Source: Escherichia phage EcWhh-1. Taken from it: a stretch of DNA of 64,000 bases. The translations under genes and the position numbers were made by a program. The stretch's first letter is position 1; every line of letters starts with the position of its first letter. Positions 8,246 to 16,879 of this stretch are shown here, in pieces. The stretch is taken from sequence record MH791409.1; one strand, written 5' to 3'. A model generated the notes under the pieces. It was given only the letters and a program-made list of their open reading frames with translations. It had not been told where the DNA came from and did no database searches.

Positions 8246-8995
8246 TTAACCTCTAATCAGTGAAAAAATTGAAGCATTCAGCGGAAGACCTTTTTTCAAC
8301 TTCAATTTGTCAATAAAAGAAAGGTGTTCTAAACGCTCCAGACCTTGAATAATTTTATCATACATATCGTAACGCGTTTCTGCTTCAGACAATTTAAACT
8401 TGACACGCCAGTCAGGTCCACCAATTAAAGATTTAAGACCTTTTTCCATAGTACCGATTGAAGCATTAGAACCGTGGATACGGGCCTTAACTGCGATAAC
8501 AGAAGGAGTCTTATCAGTAGCTCCTGATTTAATAAGGTCTTTAAGACGTTTTTCACGTTTTTTAAGACCTCTTTGGGTATCTTTTATATTTTTAACGATT
8601 TTACGGATTTTATAATAATTATCAGGGGTAACTTTAAAACTATTAGGCATTTTAGAACTACCTGAAATACGAACTGCTAAACGAGTCTGAGCACGTTTCA
8701 GTTCATCAAGGGACAAATCGGCACGTAAGCTGTTATACTTAACTTTAACTGGGATTACATTACCCTCAATATAGCCGATATCGTTGTTAAAACGTTCAAA
8801 TGAAATCTTATCATTAACTGAATTTTCATCAAAGTACTCGCCTGAATAAGCGCACACTTTTTGTTCGAGAAGTCTACGAACATATTTACTAGACAGATTG
8901 AAGTCCTTACCACGTTTATAAGCAGAAGCTTTGGTGTGTTTGCGGCGGTTGTAAACCTTTAACTCAAATTCATCGTTAGTTTTAATAGTAGGCAT
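8246..8995 (-). CDS. hypothetical basic protein; possible degenerate HNH-type endonuclease motif; occupies the T4 srd position
   Basis: 249 aa, K/R-rich; segment CAYSGEYFDEN...SFERFNNDIGYIEGNV resembles the C-x-YCG ... S-x-DRID-x-x-GY-x-x-NV pattern of some HNH families; assignment uncertain. Confidence 0.35.
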   Translation of the reverse strand: MPTIKTNDEFELKVYNRRKHTKASAYKRGKDFNLSSKYVRRLLEQKVCAYSGEYFDENSVNDKISFERFNNDIGYIEGNVIPVKVKYNSLRADLSLDELKRAQTRLAVRISGSSKMPNSFKVTPDNYYKIRKIVKNIKDTQRGLKKREKRLKDLIKSGATDKTPSVIAVKARIHGSNASIGTMEKGLKSLIGGPDWRVKFKLSEAETRYDMYDKIIQGLERLEHLSFIDKLKLKKGLPLNASIFSLIRG

Positions 8996-9035
8996 GATAT
9001 TTTTCTCATCTTACGGACGATTAGTTGATAGGTCT

Positions 9036-9064
9036 ATAGTATCATGTTGCTTGATAAAGTAAAC
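9036..9064 (-). promoter_or_regulatory. early-type promoter cassette (GTTTAC, 17 nt, TG-n-TACTAT, CTATCAAC leader)
   Basis: minus strand GTTTACTTTATCAAGCAACATGATACTATAGACCTATCAAC. Confidence 0.5.
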
Positions 9065-9133
9065 ACTTTTTTGCTTTAAATTTTCAACGGTATAATGAAT
9101 CAAGGACTTTGCCTTTCAATTAAACCGGGTGGT

Positions 9134-9748
9134 TCAGTAAGAAAGAACGGAAAGATTCCAAATGGTGTAATTATTCCATTTAGGATTTCTCTCAATAGAG
9201 TCTACGCGCAGCGTAGTTCCCGCAGGGAACATCATCTCATCTTCATCATTAATTAATTGTAAGTTTGCTACACGTGTAGATTCAGGAAATGCGCCTGGGA
9301 ACTCTTCAGGGGGCGCAGCACATAACATTTTAAAGATTTCTTCCTGATAATTGTACACAAATGGCGCATCATTAATACAAAAGATATTAAATGTGCCGTA
9401 GAAGTTATAAGATGCGAAATTCCTTGCTACGTTGAAGTCTTTAGAGAAGCTCATCACACGGTCGAATTCAATTACCGCACCCACACACATTGTGGACTCT
9501 AGATACTTCAGGGTCTTTTTAGATATACCGCGATAGAGCTTATCAGGCACTACAGAAGTCAGGTTCTTACGAATAATTTTGTTCAGAGTTTCCTGGATAG
9601 AATCAGGTTTATTTTCCATACACTGCCAGAGCGTGCTCTGTTCTAAATCAGAATACACCTCATCAATTTCTATCTGAGTATTCTCACGGAAATCATCGCA
9701 TTTGGCATTGTTGATAAATTCTGCTAATTTATGGCTTGGATATAACAT
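9134..9748 (-). CDS. ADP-ribosyltransferase (ModA/ModB-like)
   Basis: 204 aa; R-S-E triad candidates: LYRGIS, SFSKDF, NDEDEMMF; tandem with a second paralog as in T4 modA/modB. Confidence 0.55.
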   Translation of the reverse strand: MLYPSHKLAEFINNAKCDDFRENTQIEIDEVYSDLEQSTLWQCMENKPDSIQETLNKIIRKNLTSVVPDKLYRGISKKTLKYLESTMCVGAVIEFDRVMSFSKDFNVARNFASYNFYGTFNIFCINDAPFVYNYQEEIFKMLCAAPPEEFPGAFPESTRVANLQLINDEDEMMFPAGTTLRVDSIERNPKWNNYTIWNLSVLSY

Positions 9749-9773
9749 ATTATTCTCCTCAGTTGATAGAAAG

Positions 9774-9803
9774 ATAGTAACATAAGCATCCTTGCCTGTA
9801 AAC
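9774..9803 (-). promoter_or_regulatory. early-type promoter (GTTTAC, 18 nt, TACTAT)
   Basis: minus strand GTTTACAGGCAAGGATGCTTATGTTACTATCTTTCTATCAAC. Confidence 0.4.
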
Positions 9804-10372
9804 TAAAAATCTAACATTTTTAAATGAATTGTTTTATACTCGATTTCGTATGGATCCCTTTTGACGGTTTCGATTGCAACAATCTCAAATCGCGATAGAC
9901 TAGAGACCATGAACTCACATTCAGTTTCAACCATATCATAGAGGTCGATACGAGATTCATCTATTTCAAGCTCATCCACATTCCCTGCAAGAACAAGGTC
10001 GATAGCATGATTGTAGTAGTCGAAAATGAACGGTGCATTCCTGAGACTTAAAATGGTTTTGGTTCCATACTCCCATGCCCCTGCGAACTGACGAGCCTGA
10101 GAGTATTGTGTACTAAAAGAAGTAACTCGACCAGGAGACCATTGACACCCTACTGAAAGGAGCTCTAATTGCTCAAGTTCTCTGGTGGTAATCCCACGAT
10201 ACAACTCTACTGGAACCGCTGAAGTAACATGCTTGCGAACCAGTTTGTCGAGGTCGTAATGGAAGTTAGGGTCTTTTTTGGCGTCCAGACATTTCTCTAA
10301 CAACGCTTGTTCAGATTTTGAAAATTTAGAATTGATTCGGTCTTGATAAAGACATTTTTGTTCGATGTTCAT
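9803..10372 (-). CDS. ADP-ribosyltransferase (ModA/ModB-like)
   Basis: 189 aa; LYRGITTRE (Arg), SFSTQYSQAR (S-T-S), ECEFMVSS (E-x-E). Confidence 0.55.
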   Translation of the reverse strand: MNIEQKCLYQDRINSKFSKSEQALLEKCLDAKKDPNFHYDLDKLVRKHVTSAVPVELYRGITTRELEQLELLSVGCQWSPGRVTSFSTQYSQARQFAGAWEYGTKTILSLRNAPFIFDYYNHAIDLVLAGNVDELEIDESRIDLYDMVETECEFMVSSLSRFEIVAIETVKRDPYEIEYKTIHLKMLDF

Positions 10373-10396
10373 ATGACCTCCAGTGATTTAGAGGTC

Positions 10397-10425
10397 ATTA
10401 TAACATGAAGGGAGGGGGTGTAAAC
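10397..10425 (-). promoter_or_regulatory. early-type promoter (GTTTAC, 17 nt, TG-n-TATAAT)
   Basis: minus strand GTTTACACCCCCTCCCTTCATGTTATAATGACCTC. Confidence 0.45.
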
Positions 10426-10679
10426 TACTTAAACACACCAAGTGGGACGCCAAACACTGCAATGTCGGCAGCCATGCCTAATGAGGATTGGGTATATGAA
10501 GTATAGGAGCTTTTTGATTCATAAGAGCTTTTTGTTTCTGGCTTCTCAGCTTCAATCTTAGGAGCTTTTGCCTGAATATTTTTTTGCTCGGTTTCCTTAC
10601 GAGCTTGTTTACGGTCGATATCCAACGCCGATGTAGGTATATTAGTTAGCCAATTCATTATTTTACCCAAGGGGCCCAA
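10425..10679 (-). CDS. hypothetical protein
   Basis: track ORF 84 aa; start uncertain. Confidence 0.3.
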   Translation of the reverse strand: MGPLGKIMNWLTNIPTSALDIDRKQARKETEQKNIQAKAPKIEAEKPETKSSYESKSSYTSYTQSSLGMAADIAVFGVPLGVFK

Positions 10680-10846
10680 GGTGGAGGGTCTTGATAGTAA
10701 GAAGCTAGGTCACTAAGGACCTCTTTAGGCAACTTAAAACCGTGCTTCTGTATAATCATATCAAGTTCGTTGACAAGGTCAACAGGCGGCTCCTGAGTTG
10801 TTTCAGGCTCAGGGTCCGGAATGACAAACATATCAAATAAGTCCAT
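10658..10846 (-). CDS. hypothetical small acidic protein
   Basis: track ORF 62 aa. Confidence 0.3.
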   Translation of the reverse strand: MDLFDMFVIPDPEPETTQEPPVDLVNELDMIIQKHGFKLPKEVLSDLASYYQDPPPWAPWVK

Positions 10847-11337
10847 TAGTAACCACCGATAGGACCATAACCATACATACGAGCTCGTAACTTAGCATCA
10901 CGAATAGCTTCTTCGGTCGGGGTAAAACGCAAACCAATATCAAAGTGTTTCCAAATCTGACATTCTACCTCCGTCAGGTCTTCGACGGTAGAAATCAGAT
11001 AAGTACGACCTTTAAGACGTTCAGTAGCCATTCTATCTCTATCTTTATAGAAAATATCCATTGTTCCATCGGCATACGGGTCTGCCGGGTAACGATAGCC
11101 TTTGATATGCAAGGCTTGAGCCACACTAAAAGGGCACCCCTCAGCGACATCAACATTTTTGTTATGGTAAGCCTTCATCAGAATATTTTCTGGCAGCTTA
11201 ATATCTTTTAATCTTGTTTCTAACTGGGTTATAGAATTCATACCATTGTCGACAAAGATAAGACACGCCGTAGCATCATAAGGACGCGTTTGGCCTGATG
11301 AATCACGTACATGGAATTCGAGTTCATAGACTTTCAT
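10846..11337 (-). CDS. hypothetical protein
   Basis: track ORF 163 aa. Confidence 0.45.
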   Translation of the reverse strand: MKVYELEFHVRDSSGQTRPYDATACLIFVDNGMNSITQLETRLKDIKLPENILMKAYHNKNVDVAEGCPFSVAQALHIKGYRYPADPYADGTMDIFYKDRDRMATERLKGRTYLISTVEDLTEVECQIWKHFDIGLRFTPTEEAIRDAKLRARMYGYGPIGGY

Positions 11338-11487
11338 TATGTTTTCCTCTTTTTAGTTTACCTACTAAAGGACCATCCGGAATTTTATTTTCCTGGATGT
11401 ATTTCTCGTTTTCTTCCATCATTTTACTACCAATTTTAAGAAGCAAATCCATTGCCTCTTTAGTACGTGCTTCAGCTTCTTCAATAG

Positions 11488-11688
11488 TCATGATTTATCC
11501 CCATAGATATCACGCATAATCCTAAGGGCCTCGCGTTCTAATTTCTTTTCGCGTTCGTCACGGATGCCTTTAAGAATCCATTCCTCTGATTCACGTTTCA
11601 TTTCTGCATTAGCTTGGTCTAACCAACCGTCATCAAGATAATCACCGGGACGGTCTAGCCAATCTTTAAGCCATGATAAAGGTTTCAT
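11488..11688 (-). CDS. hypothetical protein
   Basis: track ORF 66 aa, coupled to upstream ORF. Confidence 0.4.
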   Translation of the reverse strand: MKPLSWLKDWLDRPGDYLDDGWLDQANAEMKRESEEWILKGIRDEREKKLEREALRIMRDIYGDKS

Positions 11689-12023
11689 TAATCACACGAG
11701 CCGGACGATGAGTCACAGCTTCCTGAGTCAGAATAAGACGAATCGCCGGTCCAAGAACTAACGGCAGCCGCTACTACAATAGGAGTGGTATCAATATAAT
11801 TTTGCCTTTGCGCTCGCTCGTCTTTTAATTTTTCTAAACGGGCTTTTAATTCGTCGGCATTTAAGCTCGAAGCGTGAGACCCAACATTGCCTGCTTTTTC
11901 AGGCTGACGGATAACTTCTTCCATCATACCGTCGCCTACATAAACATATTCCTTCGGGCCTGAGATAGGAACTACACCTTCGCCAGGAGTGGTCTTGAAA
12001 AAATTCTTAAGCCACTGAATCAT
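11688..12023 (-). CDS. hypothetical protein with Ser/Cys-rich C-terminal tail
   Basis: 111 aa ending ...SSWTGDSSYSDSGSCDSSSGSCD. Confidence 0.45.
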   Translation of the reverse strand: MIQWLKNFFKTTPGEGVVPISGPKEYVYVGDGMMEEVIRQPEKAGNVGSHASSLNADELKARLEKLKDERAQRQNYIDTTPIVVAAAVSSWTGDSSYSDSGSCDSSSGSCD

Positions 12024-12253
12024 AGGAAACCTCGTTTAAATTCAACTTTATCAATATCATCAGTCTCGTGACGGATTTCGGCGTTAAATTCGATAGAACC
12101 GTCTTCATGCATCATAAATGAATGGACAATAACTTCGGTATACCAAGGAGTATAGAAATACTTTTTCAATACGTGATTAGCGATAATTTCATCCAAAGTT
12201 TTATTTGGTTTAATCCAACGATTTAACATAGTGTTCTCCTCTATAAGATACAT
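12020..12253 (-). CDS. hypothetical protein
   Basis: track ORF 77 aa. Confidence 0.45.
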   Translation of the reverse strand: MYLIEENTMLNRWIKPNKTLDEIIANHVLKKYFYTPWYTEVIVHSFMMHEDGSIEFNAEIRHETDDIDKVEFKRGFL

Positions 12254-12255
12254 CT

Positions 12256-12285
12256 ATCTTAACATGGCCTACTCGTAAAGTAAAC
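12256..12285 (-). promoter_or_regulatory. early-type promoter (GTTTAC, 18 nt, TAAGAT)
   Basis: minus strand GTTTACTTTACGAGTAGGCCATGTTAAGATAGATG. Confidence 0.35.
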
Positions 12286-12289
12286 TACT

Positions 12290-12318
12290 AAAACGAAAAA
12301 AGGAACCCGAAGGTTCCT
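12290..12318 (-). terminator. rho-independent terminator after soc
   Basis: minus strand GGAACCTTCGGGTTCC hairpin followed by T-run. Confidence 0.5.
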
Positions 12319-12323
12319 TATAA

Positions 12324-12557
12324 TTAAACAATATCGGTAGGCGTAAACATCGCCGCGTTCTTAGTTCGCCAATCGGCTGCATCAGTCACTACAGTAGTAT
12401 AGGCTGCAACGGCCGAAGGGAAAGTCTGATAATGAGCATTAGCAATACGATGCTCATTTGAATAGATTTCAAACGGAACTGAAACCTCAGTACCTTTAAC
12501 TTCTTTACCTTCACCAGCTGGATGCGTAAAGGTTTTGATATTAACGAAACCACCCAT
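12324..12557 (-). CDS. soc: small outer capsid protein Soc
   Basis: 77 aa; GFVNIKTF...GKEV.GTEVSVPFEIYSNEHRIANAHYQTFPSAVAAYTTV matches remembered T4 Soc; AAGGAG Shine-Dalgarno. Confidence 0.7.
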   Translation of the reverse strand: MGGFVNIKTFTHPAGEGKEVKGTEVSVPFEIYSNEHRIANAHYQTFPSAVAAYTTVVTDAADWRTKNAAMFTPTDIV

Positions 12558-12588
12558 AATTAACTCCTTTGTTGTTTAATTACAGGTG

Positions 12589-12596
12589 TATTTATA
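12589..12596 (-). promoter_or_regulatory. late promoter TATAAATA upstream of soc
   Basis: exact T4 late-promoter octamer on minus strand about 30 nt upstream of soc ATG; soc is a late (capsid) gene. Confidence 0.4.
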
Positions 12597-12598
12597 AC

Positions 12599-13120
12599 TT
12601 AATAACCTCGGTCTTGACGAGCAAAGTTCTCGGCATTTTTCAGGTAATACAGTTTAAAGATTTCTTCAGCGGTCAGTCCAAGACCCTGGAACATATTCAG
12701 AACAAAGTGCAGAATATCAATCATTTCGAATTTAATTTCGAGCTGGTCTTCAGGAGACAAATCGTTAATCAGGGTTTCACGACGTTCAGCATGTTGAGCT
12801 TTCCAAGGCTTCCATACTGCAGATGCATCTTTTTCACCATTGCTCATACCACCAAGAGAAGTCAGAAGTTCACGGAATTCGTCATCAATATAATCTTTCT
12901 GGTTGCGAAGCCAATCGACAACTTCACCCGCAGTGGCCAAATCATCAGGATGACGATTATATTCAGGCTTATCTTTAGCTAAACGAACCTGCAAAGATTT
13001 CTGCATATCAAGCATAACCTGCAGAGGGTCTTTATCTTCGTGAATCAGAGCATTAAAATAAGCTTCTTCAGCTTTATCGGCACCGGCAATCAGTTGAGAA
13101 CATTCATTAAAATGAGCCAT
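12599..13120 (-). CDS. 56: dCTPase / dCTP pyrophosphatase (MazG-like)
   Basis: start moved to MAHFNEC (ATG verified); DPLQVMLDMQ...EFRELLTSLG...EIFKLYYLKNAENFARQDRGY closely matches remembered T4 gp56. Confidence 0.85.
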   Translation of the reverse strand: MAHFNECSQLIAGADKAEEAYFNALIHEDKDPLQVMLDMQKSLQVRLAKDKPEYNRHPDDLATAGEVVDWLRNQKDYIDDEFRELLTSLGGMSNGEKDASAVWKPWKAQHAERRETLINDLSPEDQLEIKFEMIDILHFVLNMFQGLGLTAEEIFKLYYLKNAENFARQDRGY

Positions 13121-13214
13121 TATATTTTTCCTTATCAATTCATTTGTTAGTAAGTTAGATAATTATAAACTGCTAGATTAAAGCGAATAAATATTAATTT
13201 AACAGGAGGATAAC

Positions 13215-13415
13215 ATGGGTAGTATTTTTTACCAAATCTGGAAATTGGCTGAAAAGAAAGACAAGAAAATGATGTTAGGTTTTCTTGCGCTAGACGTATT
13301 CCTTTGGAATCTTTTAGTAGTTCCTGTAGCCGCTAGCCAAGGGGTAATTTTACCAGCGGTTACAATGGAACACGTATTAAGCATAATTGGATTCTTTAGC
13401 GGAGTTCCTGTCTAA
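13215..13415 (+). CDS. small hydrophobic membrane protein, plus strand
   Basis: 66 aa; AGGAGG Shine-Dalgarno 6 nt before ATG; hydrophobic stretches; convergent with gene 61; the only plus-strand ORF with a strong RBS that does not lie inside a minus-strand gene. Confidence 0.45.
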   Translation: MGSIFYQIWKLAEKKDKKMMLGFLALDVFLWNLLVVPVAASQGVILPAVTMEHVLSIIGFFSGVPV

Positions 13416-14440
13416 ATTTTAGAATATTTTGAAAGCCTCATTTTTGCCATTAACCCTTGGGCTATATTAGCTTTCATATACGCCAATATATCATTTATAT
13501 CAGCTTTATCTTTCATAACCATATCATTTATATCTTTAGAAGGCCATGGAGCCTTGTCCCAGAATAGGACCCTTTCGCCGGCATCAACTAATCGTTGCAT
13601 ACGCTTAATTGTGTCAGGATGACGGGGTTCATTGTCCATTACCCAAGCACGAGTTTCTTTACATGGAACCATAGCCAAGTCCAACGACCCACCAGTAATT
13701 GCTATTGCATTAGGTACGAATAATGAATCAATAGGACCTTCCATTACCCACACCAATTGACGTTCGTCAACTGTATCCATTCCATATATTTTTGTAGCTT
13801 GGTCATGAGCTTTTATTGTAATATATTTTTGTGGAGCATCTTTACGCAAGGCTCGGCCCTGAAAACTTTCAATTTGTTTATTCTTATTGAAAATTGGAAT
13901 AACCAAACGTGGTTCAGGCATTTCTTTGGAATAGGTCCCCGGATTAACAGAATTCACCAATGCAGGCCATTCTTTAGTAAACCATAACCGATTCCATTTA
14001 TTTTCAGGAATGCACCGCAGAGTTACATACTTAATAATAGGATGGTCCTTAGGCATTCTATCTAATCGTTCACAGAAATTAAGCTTTTCGATGACAGGCA
14101 TCTTAGCTTTAATTTTTTCAGATATCTCCACCTTAGGTGCAGCTTGTCTCCCAAACGATTGCTCTTTATGTTTCTCAAGAATATATTCGCGATATAAATC
14201 AGGCTCATATTCGTATAGGTACTTCTTAATTCCTGCCGAATAATCACAGTTAAAACAGTGTAGCATTACAGAGCCGTCATTGGCCGGATAGGCCCAGAAT
14301 CGAGCTTTGTTCTCATCCTTTTGGGAGTCGCCACATACACGACAACGACAGTTTAATTTAAAATCACTACCAGTTACTTGTCTGAATTTAGGTTGGTAAT
14401 TCAAGGCACGTACAGCAAATTCTCTATCGACATATGACAT
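13412..14440 (-). CDS. 61: DNA primase
   Basis: 342 aa, same length as T4 gp61; N-terminal Cys-rich zinc finger (CRCRVCGDS...HCFNCDYS) plus TOPRIM region. Confidence 0.9.
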   Translation of the reverse strand: MSYVDREFAVRALNYQPKFRQVTGSDFKLNCRCRVCGDSQKDENKARFWAYPANDGSVMLHCFNCDYSAGIKKYLYEYEPDLYREYILEKHKEQSFGRQAAPKVEISEKIKAKMPVIEKLNFCERLDRMPKDHPIIKYVTLRCIPENKWNRLWFTKEWPALVNSVNPGTYSKEMPEPRLVIPIFNKNKQIESFQGRALRKDAPQKYITIKAHDQATKIYGMDTVDERQLVWVMEGPIDSLFVPNAIAITGGSLDLAMVPCKETRAWVMDNEPRHPDTIKRMQRLVDAGERVLFWDKAPWPSKDINDMVMKDKADINDILAYMKANIAQGLMAKMRLSKYSKI

Positions 14441-14478
14441 TATTTTTCCTTGGGCTCTAAATTAATAGAGCCATTATA

Positions 14479-14640
14479 TCATTCGTTTTCGGATTTTTCT
14501 TTACGCTTTTTGGATGGGATTTGTTCAGGCCCTTTGTTGACGACTGCACCTGAGGTAGTTCCGGAGGCAATATTAGATGGGTTTCCACCTGCATCGCCTG
14601 CGACCATATCTTCGTTCATAACTTCTTTAAAAGATTTCAT
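14479..14640 (-). CDS. small hypothetical protein (53 aa), not in ORF track
   Basis: MKSFKEVMNEDMVAGDAGGNPSNIASGTTSGAVVNKGPEQIPSKKRKEKSENE; AGGAG Shine-Dalgarno; TATAAATA octamer at 14656-14663 just upstream. Confidence 0.35.
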   Translation of the reverse strand: MKSFKEVMNEDMVAGDAGGNPSNIASGTTSGAVVNKGPEQIPSKKRKEKSENE

Positions 14641-14656
14641 AGGCTCCTGGCCTTAT

Positions 14657-14848
14657 TTATATTACGAAAATAGCTTTGTCACCGTTGGCGTCAGTGACTT
14701 CGTACGTATCTTCGTGGTAAAGTGGGATAATCCAGGTCACACCATCATCAGCAATAACATGGATAGCTTCTTGGTCTTTTGATACGATTTCATATTCTTC
14801 GAACAACTCGAATACAGAAATCTTAGAGCCCGTACACATTGCACTCAT
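14657..14848 (-). CDS. hypothetical protein
   Basis: track ORF 63 aa. Confidence 0.4.
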   Translation of the reverse strand: MSAMCTGSKISVFELFEEYEIVSKDQEAIHVIADDGVTWIIPLYHEDTYEVTDANGDKAIFVI

Positions 14849-15044
14849 ATTGTTCCCTTCTTTTAATCAGTTGACGATGGGCCTTTTTAAGTTTACGAAG
14901 CTGGCGCTTAGTTGGCCGTGCAACATAAGCTTGAGTAGTTACTCGTCCAAAAACACCATACTTAGGTGAAGGAGAATCAATAAAGACTTCCCACTGGCAG
15001 GAGTAACCATATACCGCTTTAGAGAATTGAGTTAAAACAAACAT
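14823..15044 (-). CDS. small basic protein, RPTKRQ-motif family
   Basis: 73 aa with ARPTKRQLRKLKKAHRQL; paralogous to 15866..16129 and 40002..40187. Confidence 0.45.
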   Translation of the reverse strand: MFVLTQFSKAVYGYSCQWEVFIDSPSPKYGVFGRVTTQAYVARPTKRQLRKLKKAHRQLIKRREQYECNVYGL

Positions 15045-15045
15045 A

Positions 15046-15486
15046 TCAACCTCGATTCATAAAGGCATTAAAAATCTGGTCGTCAATTGAATAAACCGGA
15101 GCTTCCAGAATTTTCAACAGGCTATTTTTGATATACTTGCTAGGGATATCCATATTAACGCAGTCGTTCAATTCATTGTCCGGGAGGATATCTTTAAATT
15201 CGAATCCTTCAAATTCAACCTTGTCAGGAAAACCATCAGCGAAAAAATAAACCAATTGGTGTATTGTATTGCGCGAAAATAATTTAGACTTAACAGCAAT
15301 AAGTTCTTGCCAGTGGTTTAATTCTCTATTAAGAAGTTTATGGGCAAATACAATCCTATCATCGCTATCAACAATAAAATAACCCAGGTATTGATGGTCG
15401 TCGCTCCAATACATTCTGTATGCCTGGGCATTTGGATTTTTACAACGAAGTTTTTTGATAACCAAATTTCTGTTAATCTTATTCAC
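15046..15486 (-). CDS. hypothetical protein
   Basis: track ORF 146 aa. Confidence 0.45.
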   Translation of the reverse strand: MNKINRNLVIKKLRCKNPNAQAYRMYWSDDHQYLGYFIVDSDDRIVFAHKLLNRELNHWQELIAVKSKLFSRNTIHQLVYFFADGFPDKVEFEGFEFKDILPDNELNDCVNMDIPSKYIKNSLLKILEAPVYSIDDQIFNAFMNRG

Positions 15487-15772
15487 CTGTCACCTCTTTA
15501 ACGATATTTTTGTTATCGAAATTAGCATCACAGTACAGAACATAGTTATACTGCATAACACCGCTAGAAGCCAATTGGTCAGATACTTCTTTAACCATAT
15601 CAGGACGGTCACGTTTAGTGATGTTCATGATATCGGCATAAATCTGATGCTCAACTGCTTCTTGATCGGCAGTCATAGACCACTCACAAAGGTCTGCGTC
15701 ATAACCGGCCGTTACCGGAGCCGTGCCACATGATGCTACTGTAAGGATTGCTGCGATTAATAACTTTTTCAT
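15479..15772 (-). CDS. lipoprotein / periplasmic protein (possible Spackle-position protein)
   Basis: start moved to MKKLLIAAILTVASCG (signal peptide with lipobox); lies in the 61.x block where T4 encodes periplasmic Sp. Confidence 0.4.
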   Translation of the reverse strand: MKKLLIAAILTVASCGTAPVTAGYDADLCEWSMTADQEAVEHQIYADIMNITKRDRPDMVKEVSDQLASSGVMQYNYVLYCDANFDNKNIVKEVTGE

Positions 15773-15800
15773 TTTTAACTCCTCGTTAGTTGATAGGTCC

Positions 15801-15830
15801 ATAGTATCATTACCATAGACCATTGTAAAC
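15801..15830 (-). promoter_or_regulatory. early-type promoter cassette
   Basis: minus strand GTTTACAATGGTCTATGGTAATGATACTATGGACCTATCAAC. Confidence 0.45.
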
Positions 15831-15865
15831 ACTTATTTTACTTTAGCGTAATCTAAAGTTACTAA

Positions 15866-16129
15866 CTATGATTCCATTATCAGACGACGTTGACGACGGA
15901 GAACCTCACCGCCGACATAAGCACGAAAAGCTTTTTTGCACTGACGAATCTGGCGCTTAGTAGGACGAACAGTAAATTCGTAGAACTCTACAAAATCCAT
16001 TTCACCTTTAGTTTCCTGAGAAAGGACAAGTTCCCAGCGACTGTTAATACGATCTGCATAAATCTTATGCTTACCGAAAGACCGGTCCCAAAAGCCACTT
16101 TTAACAGGCTTCATAATTTGGATATTCAT
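15866..16129 (-). CDS. small basic protein, RPTKRQ-motif family
   Basis: start moved to MNIQIM (ATG with GAGGAA Shine-Dalgarno); contains VRPTKRQIRQCKKAFRAYV. Confidence 0.45.
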   Translation of the reverse strand: MNIQIMKPVKSGFWDRSFGKHKIYADRINSRWELVLSQETKGEMDFVEFYEFTVRPTKRQIRQCKKAFRAYVGGEVLRRQRRLIMES

Positions 16130-16130
16130 T

Positions 16131-16271
16131 TTATTCCTCGTCTTCATGTTTATGAGCAATTTCTTCGAATTCACTGTCACAGTCTAAACAGGTTGCGTTG
16201 TCCCAAGCATCAAATACCGCTTGCTCTTCACAAACTGAACAGCCGCACACTACACATTCTACTTCTTCCAT
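16131..16271 (-). CDS. small Cys-rich (CxxC...CxxC) acidic protein, not in ORF track
   Basis: MEEVECVVCGCSVCEEQAVFDAWDNATCLDCDSEFEEIAHKHEDEE; ATG start. Confidence 0.35.
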   Translation of the reverse strand: MEEVECVVCGCSVCEEQAVFDAWDNATCLDCDSEFEEIAHKHEDEE

Positions 16272-16538
16272 TTAGATTTCCTCAATGCGGGCATCATATT
16301 CAAAAACTTTATTGTCATTAACAAAGGCTTTCACCAGCGCATTATTCACTTCTGCATACTGCACCGTAACCCATTCAATCATATTTTGGTCACTAACATC
16401 CAGCGCAGTTTCTTTGGTAAACATATTACCATTTTCAAACCAACCAATAAACACTACGATCTCTTCTAATTTACGCATTTTAGATTTCCTCACAGAAGGC
16501 CCATTCAGCATGATAAACCGTGGCGCCTTTAGTATCAT
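16272..16538 (-). CDS. hypothetical protein
   Basis: track ORF 88 aa. Confidence 0.4.
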   Translation of the reverse strand: MILKAPRFIMLNGPSVRKSKMRKLEEIVVFIGWFENGNMFTKETALDVSDQNMIEWVTVQYAEVNNALVKAFVNDNKVFEYDARIEEI

Positions 16539-16809
16539 TTAAACAAACCACATCTACCGGAGCAATTACACGATAAAGACGAGGTTCTCCTCCCACTGAA
16601 CGAGCAGCTCGTCCAGCATAAATCTTAGCCAAACCGATATCTTCAGTAAAGAATACACGATTCAGGTTTTTCTTACGACCAGTTTCAGACAGAACTCCTG
16701 TTTCCTCAGGAGGACAAAGCATATTACCAATATTAGCCACACTACAACTTCCGTGATAATACACTTTATATTCTGCTTTACAGTCGATGGTTTTCATTTT
16801 GTTCTCCAA
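16480..16809 (-). CDS. hypothetical protein
   Basis: track ORF 109 aa; start may be internal. Confidence 0.4.
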   Translation of the reverse strand: MENKMKTIDCKAEYKVYYHGSCSVANIGNMLCPPEETGVLSETGRKKNLNRVFFTEDIGLAKIYAGRAARSVGGEPRLYRVIAPVDVVCLNDTKGATVYHAEWAFCEEI

Positions 16810-16821
16810 GTTGATAGGTCT

Positions 16822-16850
16822 ATAGTATCATGCCTATAGGAGATGTAAAC
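16822..16850 (-). promoter_or_regulatory. early-type promoter cassette
   Basis: minus strand GTTTACATCTCCTATAGGCATGATACTATAGACCTATCAAC. Confidence 0.5.
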
Positions 16851-16854
16851 CCTT

Positions 16855-16879
16855 AAAACAAAAAAGGAGCCGAAGCTCC
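16855..16879 (-). terminator. rho-independent terminator after gene 41
   Basis: minus strand GGAGCTTCGGCTCC hairpin followed by T-run, directly 3' of the gene 41 stop. Confidence 0.5.

Noticed and set aside
8246-8995. Confident naming of this ORF as Srd or as a Mob-type HNH homing endonuclease
   Set aside because: The position and size fit T4 srd, and a short segment resembles an HNH motif, but the catalytic His is not evident and I cannot verify either assignment without a search. It is left as hypothetical.
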